Of a stretch of DNA of 64,000 nt, positions 21,092 through 29,731 are shown in pieces (the first letter of the stretch is position 1; the number at the start of each line of letters is the position of its first letter). Made by a program: the position numbers and the translations under genes. The stretch comes from Acidobacteriota bacterium (GTDB lineage: Bacteria; Acidobacteriota; UBA6911; RPQK01; JAJDTT01): assembly GCA_965217775.1 (NCBI GenBank), contig CBDCJH010000002.1, forward strand, positions 3,520,001 through 3,584,000, given 5' to 3'. The notes under the pieces were generated by a model. It saw nothing but the letters and a program-made list of their open reading frames with translations, was not told the DNA's origin and searched no databases.

Positions 21092-22091
21092 CACACACGC
21101 TCTCGGCCCCTGGCTACGACGCTTTCTCGGGGAGTATCTCGTCAGCGAGCGCAACCTGGCTCGCAATACGCAGCTCAGCTACCGTGACACTTTGTTCCTG
21201 CTGCTTCGCTTCGCCGCCGCCCAGGCGCGCACCCCGGTGGACCGGCTGACTGTCCGCGACCTGGGTGCCGAGCGCGCGTGCGCGTTCTTGGCGCACCTTG
21301 AGCAGGAGCGCGGCTGTTCCCCGCGCACCCGCAACCAGCGGCTCGCCGCCATCCGCTGCTTCGCCCGCTATGTCGCCGGCCGCTGTCCCGAACACGTCGC
21401 CTGGTGTAACCAAGTCCGCGCCATTCCGCTCAAGAAGGCCGTGCCTCCGCCGGTCGGCTACCTGGAAAAGCACGAGATCGACGCCTTACTCGATGCCCCG
21501 GACACTTCCACGCCCCAGGGCCGGCGCGAGCGCGCCCTGCTCTTGTTTCTCTACCACACCGGAGCTCGAGCATCCGAGGCGGCGCAACTGACCGTCAGGA
21601 GCCTGCAACTGGCCGGCAACGGCCCGGGCCACTCGCTCGTCACCTTGCAGGGCAAGGGCGGCAAGACCCGCCTGTGTCCGCTGCTGCCCGCCTCGGCGCG
21701 AGCACTCGCGCCGCTGGTCCAAGGGCGCGCAGCCGGGGAGGCGGTCTTCCTCAGTCGGCTGCGGCGACCGATCACCCGCTCCGGCATCCGCCAACTGGTC
21801 ATCCGTTGTGCGGCGAAAGCCGCCCAGCAGTCACCGTCGCTGGTCGCCAAGAAGGTCGGACCGCACCTGCTGCGCCATACGGCGGCAACACACATGCTGC
21901 GCTCGGGAGTGGATCTCAACACCATCCGAGCTTGGCTAGGCCACGCCCGGATCGACACTACGACTGTCTACGCTGAAATCGATCTTCAGAGGAAGGCGAA
22001 AGCGATCATGCTCTTCGACTCGGACGAACCAGCGCCGGACCCGTCGTATCGCGATGACGAAGGTCTGATGGCCTTCCTGCAATCGTTGTGA
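21084..22091 (+). CDS. RIT tyrosine recombinase C
   Basis: SYRDT, TRNQRLAAI, TGARASE, GKGGK, PHLLRHT, IRAWLGH..TTTVYA. Confidence 0.92.
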   Translation: MTDTHALGPWLRRFLGEYLVSERNLARNTQLSYRDTLFLLLRFAAAQARTPVDRLTVRDLGAERACAFLAHLEQERGCSPRTRNQRLAAIRCFARYVAGRCPEHVAWCNQVRAIPLKKAVPPPVGYLEKHEIDALLDAPDTSTPQGRRERALLLFLYHTGARASEAAQLTVRSLQLAGNGPGHSLVTLQGKGGKTRLCPLLPASARALAPLVQGRAAGEAVFLSRLRRPITRSGIRQLVIRCAAKAAQQSPSLVAKKVGPHLLRHTAATHMLRSGVDLNTIRAWLGHARIDTTTVYAEIDLQRKAKAIMLFDSDEPAPDPSYRDDEGLMAFLQSL

Positions 22092-22098
22092 TCGCCAA

Positions 22099-22216
22099 CC
22101 GTTATGCGCTGTTGAATCGCGGCCCCACCCTGATAGCGCAACGGGATACGGCGGCAACAGCGCATAACGTGGAACAGCGCATAAAACGCTTTATGTGCTA
22201 CAGCGCATAAAGCGTT
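22099..22216. repeat. RIT right inverted repeat plus adjacent 32-bp palindrome
   Basis: IR 22099-22190; palindrome AACGCT-TTATGTGCTACAGCGCATAA-AGCGTT at 22185-22216. Confidence 0.8.
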
Positions 22217-22466
22217 CACAAGTTACGGCCTGCGGATTCGCTGAGTCGCCTAACGCGACCCTTTGGCATCGGAGTGCTTCAGTCCAATTCGTTACCTCCT
22301 TGAACCGCTCCGACTGCTACCGGCTGGAGCGACAGTTGCCGGGCGGGCTTCGCACCCGCTAGGAGAAAGCGCCTTTCCACGGCGCACGAGAAATGCGGGC
22401 TACAAGAACAAAAACTTTTACTACGGGCAGAGGGTTGAAGTCTTCCAGCCTTGTTCGAGCTGAGGA

Positions 22467-23747
22467 CTAACCGCTCCTGGCCTTGCGGGTGAAGTATTCG
22501 GCGTTGGCGGGAAATGAGCTCAGACGCTGTATCAGATCGTTTCGCACGCCCCGAAAAGCATCCAGATGCTGCGGAGCCACCGGTTTCTCGGGTGGAAACC
22601 GGAGCTTGGCGGGGTTCCGATACCGGCCGCTACGATCCTGGATCCGATAGTCCAGATGGGGCCCCGTGGAGAGGCCGGTGGATCCGACTCTCCCGATGAC
22701 CTGCCCCTGATCCACGCGCTGGCCACGGCGCACCTGGATTCGGGACAGATGCGCATAGCTGGTGGAATATTGTCCGTGGCGGATCCTCACCATCTTTCCA
22801 TATCCCCCGTTGCGGCCGGCGAATGAGACGGTCCCGGAAGCAACCGAGAGCACCTCGGTGCCGGTGGGAGCGCCGTAATCGACTCCCAGGTGCGGGCGCC
22901 GCCGCTTCAAAACGGGATGGTATCGAGAGTAGGAGAAGCCTGAAGTGATGCGCGGATCGAACTTGAAGGGCACCCGGAGGAAGGCCTTCCGCAGGGAGTT
23001 CCCCCCCTCGTCGAAATAATCCTCCTTCCCCGTCTTGGGATCCGCAAACAGGAATCCGAAGAAACTCCTGTCCATCCGGTCGAAGCGGACGGCCAACACA
23101 TCGCCGTACTTGACGAACCGGCCGGCCCGGTACTTCTTCTCCACCAGCAAGGTGATGGCGTCCTGGGGCTGCAGCTGAGTGAAATCGAGGTCCCAGCCAA
23201 GAATATCCAGGACCTTGATCACGAGGGCGTACTGCTCACCCTGGGAGACGAGGGCGTGGGACAGGTTGGTCCGGATCTCCCCGAAGACCCGTTCTTCCTC
23301 GAGTTGGAAGTCGTATTTGTGACGAGTCGCCACGTAACGGTCGCGCACCTGGCGGACGACCAGGTACTCCTCTTCGTCGATGTCGTAGCGGACGCTCCGA
23401 AACGATCCGTCGAGTTCCTGCTCCAGCACCAGGCGGTTCCCCGGCCGCACCCGGTCCAGGTTGTATACGGGACGGGTATCCTCCACCAGGCGGTGGATCT
23501 CCGAACCGGACACCTCGAACTCCCGCAGGACGGTCGCCAAGGTGGCGCCGTGAGGGATGCCTGTCCTGCGAACCGTCACCCGGTCGGATTCAGGAAGCTG
23601 AGGGACAGCCGCCTTCGGAGCCGTCGCCGAGGATGCCGGGTCGTCCTTCAGGTCGAATTGGGGCCACAGAGTCAGAACCGCCAAGATCGCCAGAATCGAG
23701 AAACCGGCCAAAAGGCCAAGACCGAACCTGCTCTTTATCGGACCCAC
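22467..23747 (-). CDS. M23-family peptidoglycan DD-metalloendopeptidase (MepM-like)
   Basis: N-terminal TM; HLGVDYGAPTGT, YAHLS, STGPHLDY. Confidence 0.92.
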   Translation of the reverse strand: MGPIKSRFGLGLLAGFSILAILAVLTLWPQFDLKDDPASSATAPKAAVPQLPESDRVTVRRTGIPHGATLATVLREFEVSGSEIHRLVEDTRPVYNLDRVRPGNRLVLEQELDGSFRSVRYDIDEEEYLVVRQVRDRYVATRHKYDFQLEEERVFGEIRTNLSHALVSQGEQYALVIKVLDILGWDLDFTQLQPQDAITLLVEKKYRAGRFVKYGDVLAVRFDRMDRSFFGFLFADPKTGKEDYFDEGGNSLRKAFLRVPFKFDPRITSGFSYSRYHPVLKRRRPHLGVDYGAPTGTEVLSVASGTVSFAGRNGGYGKMVRIRHGQYSTSYAHLSRIQVRRGQRVDQGQVIGRVGSTGLSTGPHLDYRIQDRSGRYRNPAKLRFPPEKPVAPQHLDAFRGVRNDLIQRLSSFPANAEYFTRKARSG

Positions 23748-23795
23748 AGGACTATCCCCTTCATTGCAAGACCCGAACTCTATCAGATGTTTCCT

Positions 23796-24281
23796 TTATC
23801 CGTCCAAACCGCGCAGACTGGACTCTACGACCTCGGGCACCAACCCCGTGATATCTCCTCCCAAGGCGTAGACCTCCTTGATCAGGCTGGAACTCAGGTA
23901 TGAGTACTCGGACGAAGGCAGCATGAATATGGTTTCGATGGACGACTCCATCCTCCGGTTCATCAGGGCCATCTGAAATTCATATTCGTAATCGGTGACG
24001 GCCCGGATGCCGCGAACGATGACCCGGGCACCCTTCTCGACCGCATAATTCACCAACAGGCTGTCGAAGGAATCGACCTTGACATTTTCCCACGAACCGG
24101 TGACTTTCCGCAGCATCCCGAGTCGTTCCTCGGCGCTGAAAAGGGGTTTCTTCTCCAGGTTTTGCAGAACCGCCACGATCACCGTGTCGAAGACGGAACG
24201 GCTCCTGCGGATGATGTCGAGATGACCGTTGGTCACGGGATCGAAGGACCCCGGATAGATGGCAATTACCGGCTCCGCCAT
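23796..24281 (-). CDS. coaD: Pantetheine-phosphate adenylyltransferase
   Basis: YPGSFDPVTNGHLDII, RGIRAVTDYEYE, SSSLIKE. Confidence 0.97.
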   Translation of the reverse strand: MAEPVIAIYPGSFDPVTNGHLDIIRRSRSVFDTVIVAVLQNLEKKPLFSAEERLGMLRKVTGSWENVKVDSFDSLLVNYAVEKGARVIVRGIRAVTDYEYEFQMALMNRRMESSIETIFMLPSSEYSYLSSSLIKEVYALGGDITGLVPEVVESSLRGLDG

Positions 24282-24548
24282 GAGATCCGCATCATGTTAC
24301 GCAGGCGATCCTCGAATGACAACCGCGCGGCAACGGCCACCGAGTGTCTCGAATCAAGGAGAAGGAGTCGGCGAGCGTTGCCCGAAGGGATCCGTGCACC
24401 GCCGACTCTTGCCGGCGGAACACGATTTGACAGCGGCGAGATCGAGTCCCTAAAATAGCGCGCCTGTTCCGCTGCAGGACTCTCCCACCCCCTGAATGGC
24501 CTGCAGCGTTTTGCTGATTTCCGTTTCTGCGAAGCGGGTGCATACCGC

Positions 24549-25115
24549 ATGCTGGAACGGGTTTGGCAAAAAAAGTACACCGCTCTTCGCTCCATTGTTC
24601 GAAGCTTCCTGTTCGATGACGCCCGCGTGGAGGACATACTCCAGGACGCTCTTTCCCAGGTGCTCGCCTCGGGACGGAGCTTTCCTGACGAGTTGGAAAC
24701 CTACCGCTACCTGCGCCGGTCCGTCTTCAACGCCAGCATCGACCACTACCGCGCCTCCCGGCGCCGCATCTACCTGCCTCTTCCGGAGGAACCAAGAGAC
24801 GCCACGCTCCCCAACCAAACGGGCCCTTCCGACCCTCTCACTCTTTTGCTGCATCAAGAGAGGCAGAGTCAAAAACGTGCCATCCTACGGGAGATCACGG
24901 TGGCCATGTCCGACCTTCCGGGCGTGCAGCAGGAGGCGATCTGGATGATCATGGGACCGCGGGACATGAAGCTGAAGGATCTCTGCCGGATCAAGGGGAT
25001 CCCCTACAGCACCCTGCGCAGCCGTATGTTGGCCGGCGTCGAACGATTGCGCCGCCGGCTCAAGATCAGGCGCCTCTATCACGAGTACGTGAACCTGGGT
25101 CGAAGGACGAGGTGA
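24549..25115 (+). CDS. ECF-type RNA polymerase sigma factor
   Basis: VEDILQD, YLRRSVFNASIDHYR (region 2); LPGVQQEAI..GIPYSTLRSR (region 4). Confidence 0.8.
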   Translation: MLERVWQKKYTALRSIVRSFLFDDARVEDILQDALSQVLASGRSFPDELETYRYLRRSVFNASIDHYRASRRRIYLPLPEEPRDATLPNQTGPSDPLTLLLHQERQSQKRAILREITVAMSDLPGVQQEAIWMIMGPRDMKLKDLCRIKGIPYSTLRSRMLAGVERLRRRLKIRRLYHEYVNLGRRTR

Positions 25116-25716
25116 CAACTTCAGGGGCGATTCCCGTTTCATCCGGCGGTCCGCTGTCCGGTTCCCCCGGCTCTCCCGGCACCGAGTAGAAGAGAAGCTT
25201 GTTGTCGCCGACCCGCACCGTACGGGTCCAGGTGACCTGGGAGGACGTTTCCGGACGCGGAGTCTTCTTGAACACCTCCAGGACGATGGTGCTCTCCGGG
25301 CGCATCCAGGGCATGGCCGAGAGCCGCTCCAGAAGCTTGGCGTGGCGTTTGAACTTGTAGGGCGGGTCCAGAAAGATGAAGTCGACGGTGGGAGGCCGGA
25401 GATTCCTCAGGAGGGTAAAGGAATCCTTCTGGTGAATCTCGAATCCCTCCTCCACGCGGCAACGGGCCAGATTCTTCCGGACCAGCTTGGTGGATTCTCG
25501 ATTCCGGTCATTGAAGATGACGTACCGGGCACCCCGGCTGATGGCCTCGATTCCCACGGCTCCCGACCCCGTGAACAGGTCGAGCCAGACGGAACCCGGG
25601 ACTCGATCCCGAACGACATTGAAGAGGGTCTCCCGGGCCCGGTCCGTGGTGGGCCGGATTTCGGCCCGAAAACTGGCCAGCTTCTTCCCACGGAATCTCC
25701 CTGCGATGATCCTCAT
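25066..25716 (-). CDS. rsmD: 16S rRNA m2G966 methyltransferase RsmD
   Basis: MRIIAGRFRG, RPTTDRARETLFN, LDLFTGSGAVGIEA, FLDPPY. Confidence 0.92.
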   Translation of the reverse strand: MRIIAGRFRGKKLASFRAEIRPTTDRARETLFNVVRDRVPGSVWLDLFTGSGAVGIEAISRGARYVIFNDRNRESTKLVRKNLARCRVEEGFEIHQKDSFTLLRNLRPPTVDFIFLDPPYKFKRHAKLLERLSAMPWMRPESTIVLEVFKKTPRPETSSQVTWTRTVRVGDNKLLFYSVPGEPGEPDSGPPDETGIAPEVVTSSFDPGSRTRDRGA

Positions 25717-25724
25717 GTCCGTAG

Positions 25725-25884
25725 CAGTCCGTGGCAAAAGTCCCGCGAGCACCGAAACCGGGGCTGCGCCCGCCGGACAAGGCGCAACGGAGGGAGCATA
25801 CCGGGAGTATGTGACCGAGTCGCAACGCAGTCCGCGCACGATGCAGACCCGGTCGAATGCCGTGACTACTCTTGCCACGGGCGG
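25725..25884 (-). repeat. MITE family 1 copy (about 160 bp)
   Basis: Reverse-orientation homolog of 33042-33199; ends degenerate. Confidence 0.85.
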
Positions 25885-25895
25885 CCAAGCCGGAA

Positions 25896-28019
25896 TCAAC
25901 CCACGTCGAAGAGACCGAATCGACTCCGCCACTGGTCCGCCAACTCGGCCAGTCGGTCCTTACCCTCTCCCTTCGGTTCCCGAGTCAAAAAGGTCAAATG
26001 ATCCAGAGCCTCCCGGGCCGCCAACTCCAGCAGGCGGCGGTCCCGGACGATGTTGCCGAACTGGAACTGGGGAACCCCCGACTGCCGGGTCCCCACGAAC
26101 TCCCCCGGGCCCCGAATCTCCAGGTCCTCCTCGGCGATGCGGAAGCCGTCGGAAGTCCGGCACATGATATCCAAGCGGCGGAAGGCATTCTCGGATCGAG
26201 CGCCGCCGGTCATGAGGACACAGGTCCCCTGGTGGCTTCCCCGCCCGATTCGGCCCCGCAACTGGTGGAGCTGGGAGAGGCCGAACCGGTCGGCATGCTC
26301 CACCACCATAACGGTCGCGTTGGAAACATCCAGACCCACCTCCACGACCGTCGTCGCGACCAGAATCCGTATCGTTCCATCCCGCAGGGCCTCCATCTGC
26401 GCAGCTTTCTCCTCACTCTTGAGACGTCCGTGGATCAGACCTACTTCATAGCCCGGGAACACTTCCCGAAGCTGTCCGGTCATCTCCTCGGCGGCGCGCA
26501 GCTCCAGCTTGTCCGATTCCTCGATCAACGGATACACCACGTACGCTTGCCGGCCCTGGGCCAGTTCCCGCTTCAGGAGATCGTAGACCCGGTTGCGGTC
26601 CCGTTCCGAATAGAGGACCGTCTCGACCGGCTGGCGGCCCGGAGGAAGCTCGTCCAGCACCGAAAGGTCCAGATCGCCGTAGACCGTCAAGGCCAGGCTC
26701 CTGGGAATTGGCGTGGCCGTCATGATCAACACGTCGGGCTGATCCCCCTTCCCCATGAGCCGGGACCTTTGCAGAACTCCGAAACGGTGTTGCTCGTCGA
26801 TCACCGCCAGACCCAGATCCTGAAACCGGACCGGGGCCTCGATCAGGGCGTGCGTCCCGATGACCAGTTGGACGCCACCCGACCGGATCTGCTCCAGGAT
26901 CTCCCGGCGCCGCTTGCCCCGGACCCGGCCCGTGAGCAGCGCCAACCCGTAGTCGGTGCTCCGCAAGTATTGCGAAAGAGTTCGGAAGTGCTGCTCGGCC
27001 AGGATCTCCGTCGGCGCCATGAGAGCGGCCTGGAATCCGTTTTCCAGCACCACCACCATGGCCTGGAGGGCAACGATGGTCTTGCCCGATCCCACGTCGC
27101 CATGGAGCAGCCGCCTCATGACGTTGTTGCTGCGCAGATCGCCGACGATCTCGCCGACCACTCTCTTCTGGGCGGAGGTGGGATGGAAGGGAAGGATCCC
27201 CTTCACCACCTCGCGAATCCGGTTGTTGATCTCGATCCGCCGGGTCTTGGGCAGGGACTCCCGGTCACGGCGCACCACCTGGAGACCCAGGTGAAACAGA
27301 AAAAACTCCTCGAAGACGAGTCTGCGCTGAGCCGGTGTCGCGCTCGACTCCAGTTCTTCCAGGAAAGCCTCTCGCTCCCGATCCTCCGGCAGGGAGGGGA
27401 AATGGAGTTCCCGCCACGCCCGGCGGCGGTCCGGGAGGCCGTGCTTCTTGAGCAATCGGTCCGGAATCGGGTCCTGCATGTCGGGCTGCAATTGGGACAG
27501 GGCGCGATAGACGATGGTGCGCAGAGACCGGGTGGTCAGTTTTCCCACCCGCCGGTAGATGGGTACGATCCGTCCGGAATGGATCGCCGGTTCCGACGAC
27601 GAGTCCATAAGCTCCCATTCCGGGTTCAGCAGCACCGGGCGGAGAGTGTAATCGTCGCGGCGAACACGACCGTAGAGAATCAGCCGCTGACCGTTGCGGA
27701 GGACCCGCTGGAGGTAGGGCTGATTGAAGAACTTGACGTTCAGGGCTCCCGAACGGTCCTCGACGACCAGCTCGAAGATCCGGACCTTCTTCATCGGGGT
27801 GGAGTAGTTCCCGCAGACGGCGATCTCACCCTCCACCAGGGCGTCTTCTCCGACCCGAAGCTGGTCCATGGGGCGGAAGCTGGACCGGTCCTCATAGCGA
27901 AACGGCTTGTAGTTGAGAAGATCCTCCACGATGCCGATCTTGGCTTTCTGCAGCATGGCGGACCGGGCCGGTCCCACGCCCTTCAGGTACTGAACCGGCA
28001 CATTCAACTGCAGCGGCAT
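25896..28019 (-). CDS. recG: ATP-dependent DNA helicase RecG
   Basis: LKGVGP, GDVGSGKT, DEQHRFGV, MTATPIPRSL, QLHQLRGRIGRG. Confidence 0.97.
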   Translation of the reverse strand: MPLQLNVPVQYLKGVGPARSAMLQKAKIGIVEDLLNYKPFRYEDRSSFRPMDQLRVGEDALVEGEIAVCGNYSTPMKKVRIFELVVEDRSGALNVKFFNQPYLQRVLRNGQRLILYGRVRRDDYTLRPVLLNPEWELMDSSSEPAIHSGRIVPIYRRVGKLTTRSLRTIVYRALSQLQPDMQDPIPDRLLKKHGLPDRRRAWRELHFPSLPEDREREAFLEELESSATPAQRRLVFEEFFLFHLGLQVVRRDRESLPKTRRIEINNRIREVVKGILPFHPTSAQKRVVGEIVGDLRSNNVMRRLLHGDVGSGKTIVALQAMVVVLENGFQAALMAPTEILAEQHFRTLSQYLRSTDYGLALLTGRVRGKRRREILEQIRSGGVQLVIGTHALIEAPVRFQDLGLAVIDEQHRFGVLQRSRLMGKGDQPDVLIMTATPIPRSLALTVYGDLDLSVLDELPPGRQPVETVLYSERDRNRVYDLLKRELAQGRQAYVVYPLIEESDKLELRAAEEMTGQLREVFPGYEVGLIHGRLKSEEKAAQMEALRDGTIRILVATTVVEVGLDVSNATVMVVEHADRFGLSQLHQLRGRIGRGSHQGTCVLMTGGARSENAFRRLDIMCRTSDGFRIAEEDLEIRGPGEFVGTRQSGVPQFQFGNIVRDRRLLELAAREALDHLTFLTREPKGEGKDRLAELADQWRSRFGLFDVG

Positions 28020-28076
28020 CCGGTCAATCTACCACTCCGGTACAGCAGGGGACGCCTTGGCGAGTGACGCGACACG

Positions 28077-28236
28077 CTGTCCGTGGTGAAAGTCCCGCGA
28101 GCACCGAGACCGTTCCTGCGCCCGCCGGACAAGGCGCGATTCGGGAGCATACCGGGAGTATGTGAGCGAATCGCAACACAGTCCGCGCACGATGCAGGGA
28201 CGGGTCGAATACCGTGACGACTTTCACCACGGGCTG
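28077..28236 (-). repeat. MITE family 1 copy
   Basis: 160-bp homolog with a central palindrome CGATTCG...CGAATCG. Confidence 0.85.
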
Positions 28237-28250
28237 TTAACATAAAAGGT

Positions 28251-28811
28251 GTGAAGCGGATCCTCGCTGCAGTGCTCTTCCTGCCTCTCTTGGCTTGCGG
28301 CAAGAGCCTTGAGAAGCAGATCGTGGACGGCTTGAGCAATCTGGATCAGGTTCGGTTCGGCAAGGGGCAGGTCCAGGTCGAGAAGGTGCGACGGACCGGG
28401 AACCACGCCGTCGCCGAGGTGACCCTCAAGACCGCCGTCAAGCTCATTCGAATAGACCGGGCATGGGTCATCGAAGAGATACGGCTGGGCGACCGGCGAT
28501 GGGAAAAAGTGGAGACCATTCTGGCGGCGCTGGACGAGGAACGGTCGCTACGGACGCGATCCGACCTGAAGCTGATCGACTCTGCCATCGGCCGTTACCT
28601 CCGGGAGCGCGGGGAACTGCCTCCGGCCGAGAGCTTCGGTGAGCTGATGGACCACTTGGCCCCGGAGTACATGCAGCCCACCACCGAGCTGGATGGATGG
28701 TTCAACCCTTATGTTTTTCGGACCCTTTCGTCCCAGGACTACGATCTCCGGTCGGCCGGGCCCGACGGGGTCGCCCGAACCTCGGATGACGTGACGTTGG
28801 AGCGACCCTGA
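28251..28811 (+). CDS. Lipoprotein with C-terminal GspG-like (T2SSG) domain
   Basis: LLAC lipobox; DGWFNPYVF..YDLRSAGPDG..DD. Confidence 0.65.
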   Translation: MKRILAAVLFLPLLACGKSLEKQIVDGLSNLDQVRFGKGQVQVEKVRRTGNHAVAEVTLKTAVKLIRIDRAWVIEEIRLGDRRWEKVETILAALDEERSLRTRSDLKLIDSAIGRYLRERGELPPAESFGELMDHLAPEYMQPTTELDGWFNPYVFRTLSSQDYDLRSAGPDGVARTSDDVTLERP

Positions 28812-29680
28812 TGCGAAGAGACACCAGTCTTCTGCTCGTGACTCTGGGCCTCTGCCTGGTTCTGCTGGTGGGGTACTCCCTCTACCGCTCCCTGCCCAAC
28901 CGGCTGCCCTGGATCCAGAGCTATGAACAGGCCCTGAAGGAAGCTCAGCTCGGAGACAAGCTCATCCTGGCGTACCTCTATACGGATTGGTGCGGCTACT
29001 GCAAGAAGATGGAGGCCGAGACCTTTACCGACAAGACCGTGATCGATGAGATGTCCGACAGTTACGTCTGGCTCAAGCTCAACGCCGAGACGGACGAGGA
29101 GGGCCGCCGGCTCCAGGAGAGGTTCAACATCACCGGCTATCCGGGTCTGCTCCTCCTGAACGGAGAGGGGCAGGAGATGGAACGGATCTCGGGTTTCGTC
29201 CCTGCGGGAGCCTTTCGGGAGCGGGTCGCGGCGGCGGCGGGCGGCCCGGGTTCCTTCGTCAGCCTCCTCCGCACGGCAGGCCGGGAACCCGAATCCGTCG
29301 ATGTCCAATATCGCCTGGCCGAGAAATACGTTGAGCGCGGGGAATTTTCCGCGGCCATCGAACGCCTGCGCCGAGTCATCGAACTGGATCCTGGCAACAG
29401 CTCGGGGAAGGCCGACCTGAGTTACTACTATCTGGCTCTGAGCCTGGCCTCCCAGGGGAACGAGGAGATGGCGCTGCTGGAACTCGATTCCCTGGATTCC
29501 AGCTTCCCCCGGAGCGACTACATCGCCGACGGCGCCTTCCTGAGGGGCCAGATCTATTACCACACCGGAAACCGGGACCAAGCCGAAGAGGTCCTCGCGG
29601 CTTACGTGCAGGACTTTCCGGAGCACGCCCACGTTCCCAAGGCCCGAGACATACTGGCGGAGAGAGAAGAAGCGGAGTAG
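28811..29680 (+). CDS. Thioredoxin-fold + TPR membrane protein
   Basis: TDWCGYCKKM, ITGYP; C-terminal TPR/YbgF-like helices. Confidence 0.8.
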   Translation: MRRDTSLLLVTLGLCLVLLVGYSLYRSLPNRLPWIQSYEQALKEAQLGDKLILAYLYTDWCGYCKKMEAETFTDKTVIDEMSDSYVWLKLNAETDEEGRRLQERFNITGYPGLLLLNGEGQEMERISGFVPAGAFRERVAAAAGGPGSFVSLLRTAGREPESVDVQYRLAEKYVERGEFSAAIERLRRVIELDPGNSSGKADLSYYYLALSLASQGNEEMALLELDSLDSSFPRSDYIADGAFLRGQIYYHTGNRDQAEEVLAAYVQDFPEHAHVPKARDILAEREEAE

Positions 29681-29731
29681 GAAACCAACCGGCGGCGGGT
29701 CCCCGATCGATGGGAGCGAGACGATCTCCCG

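Larger units (their letters stand above)
18731..22210 (+). mobile_element. RIT (recombinase-in-trio) element
   Basis: Three overlapping tyrosine recombinase genes between long inverted repeats built from TTATGCGCTGTT units. Confidence 0.9.
18081..22387 (-). mobile_element. Group II intron, IEP ORF deleted (about 830 nt without the RIT)
   Basis: 5' GTGCG at 22387; domain III-like GTAGTACCGGAGAATCCGGCTAACGCCGGTGGAGGGAAGG; domain V GAGAGCCCGCTGCGGGGAAAGCGCACGGCGGGTTCGGAGAG; 3' CTCGACTCTAC at 18081; only an HAKAK-like IEP vestige remains. Confidence 0.88.
17963..22399. mobile_element. IS1380-like MITE (about 130 bp when empty) interrupted by a group II intron
   Basis: TIRs CCCGCATTTCTCACCAGG ... 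CCTGAT^GAGAAATGCGGG; 4-bp direct repeat CTAC at 17959-17962 and 22400-22403; homologous to the intact copy at 41483-41639; family assignment inferred from the CC terminus and 4-bp TSD. Confidence 0.8.

Noticed and set aside
25872-28067. Long antisense ORFs (also 3201-4457, 4511-6172, 9003-10649, 10747-12669, 38635-40557, 41611-43902)
   Set aside because: Shadow frames of well-supported genes in high-GC DNA with no motifs of their own
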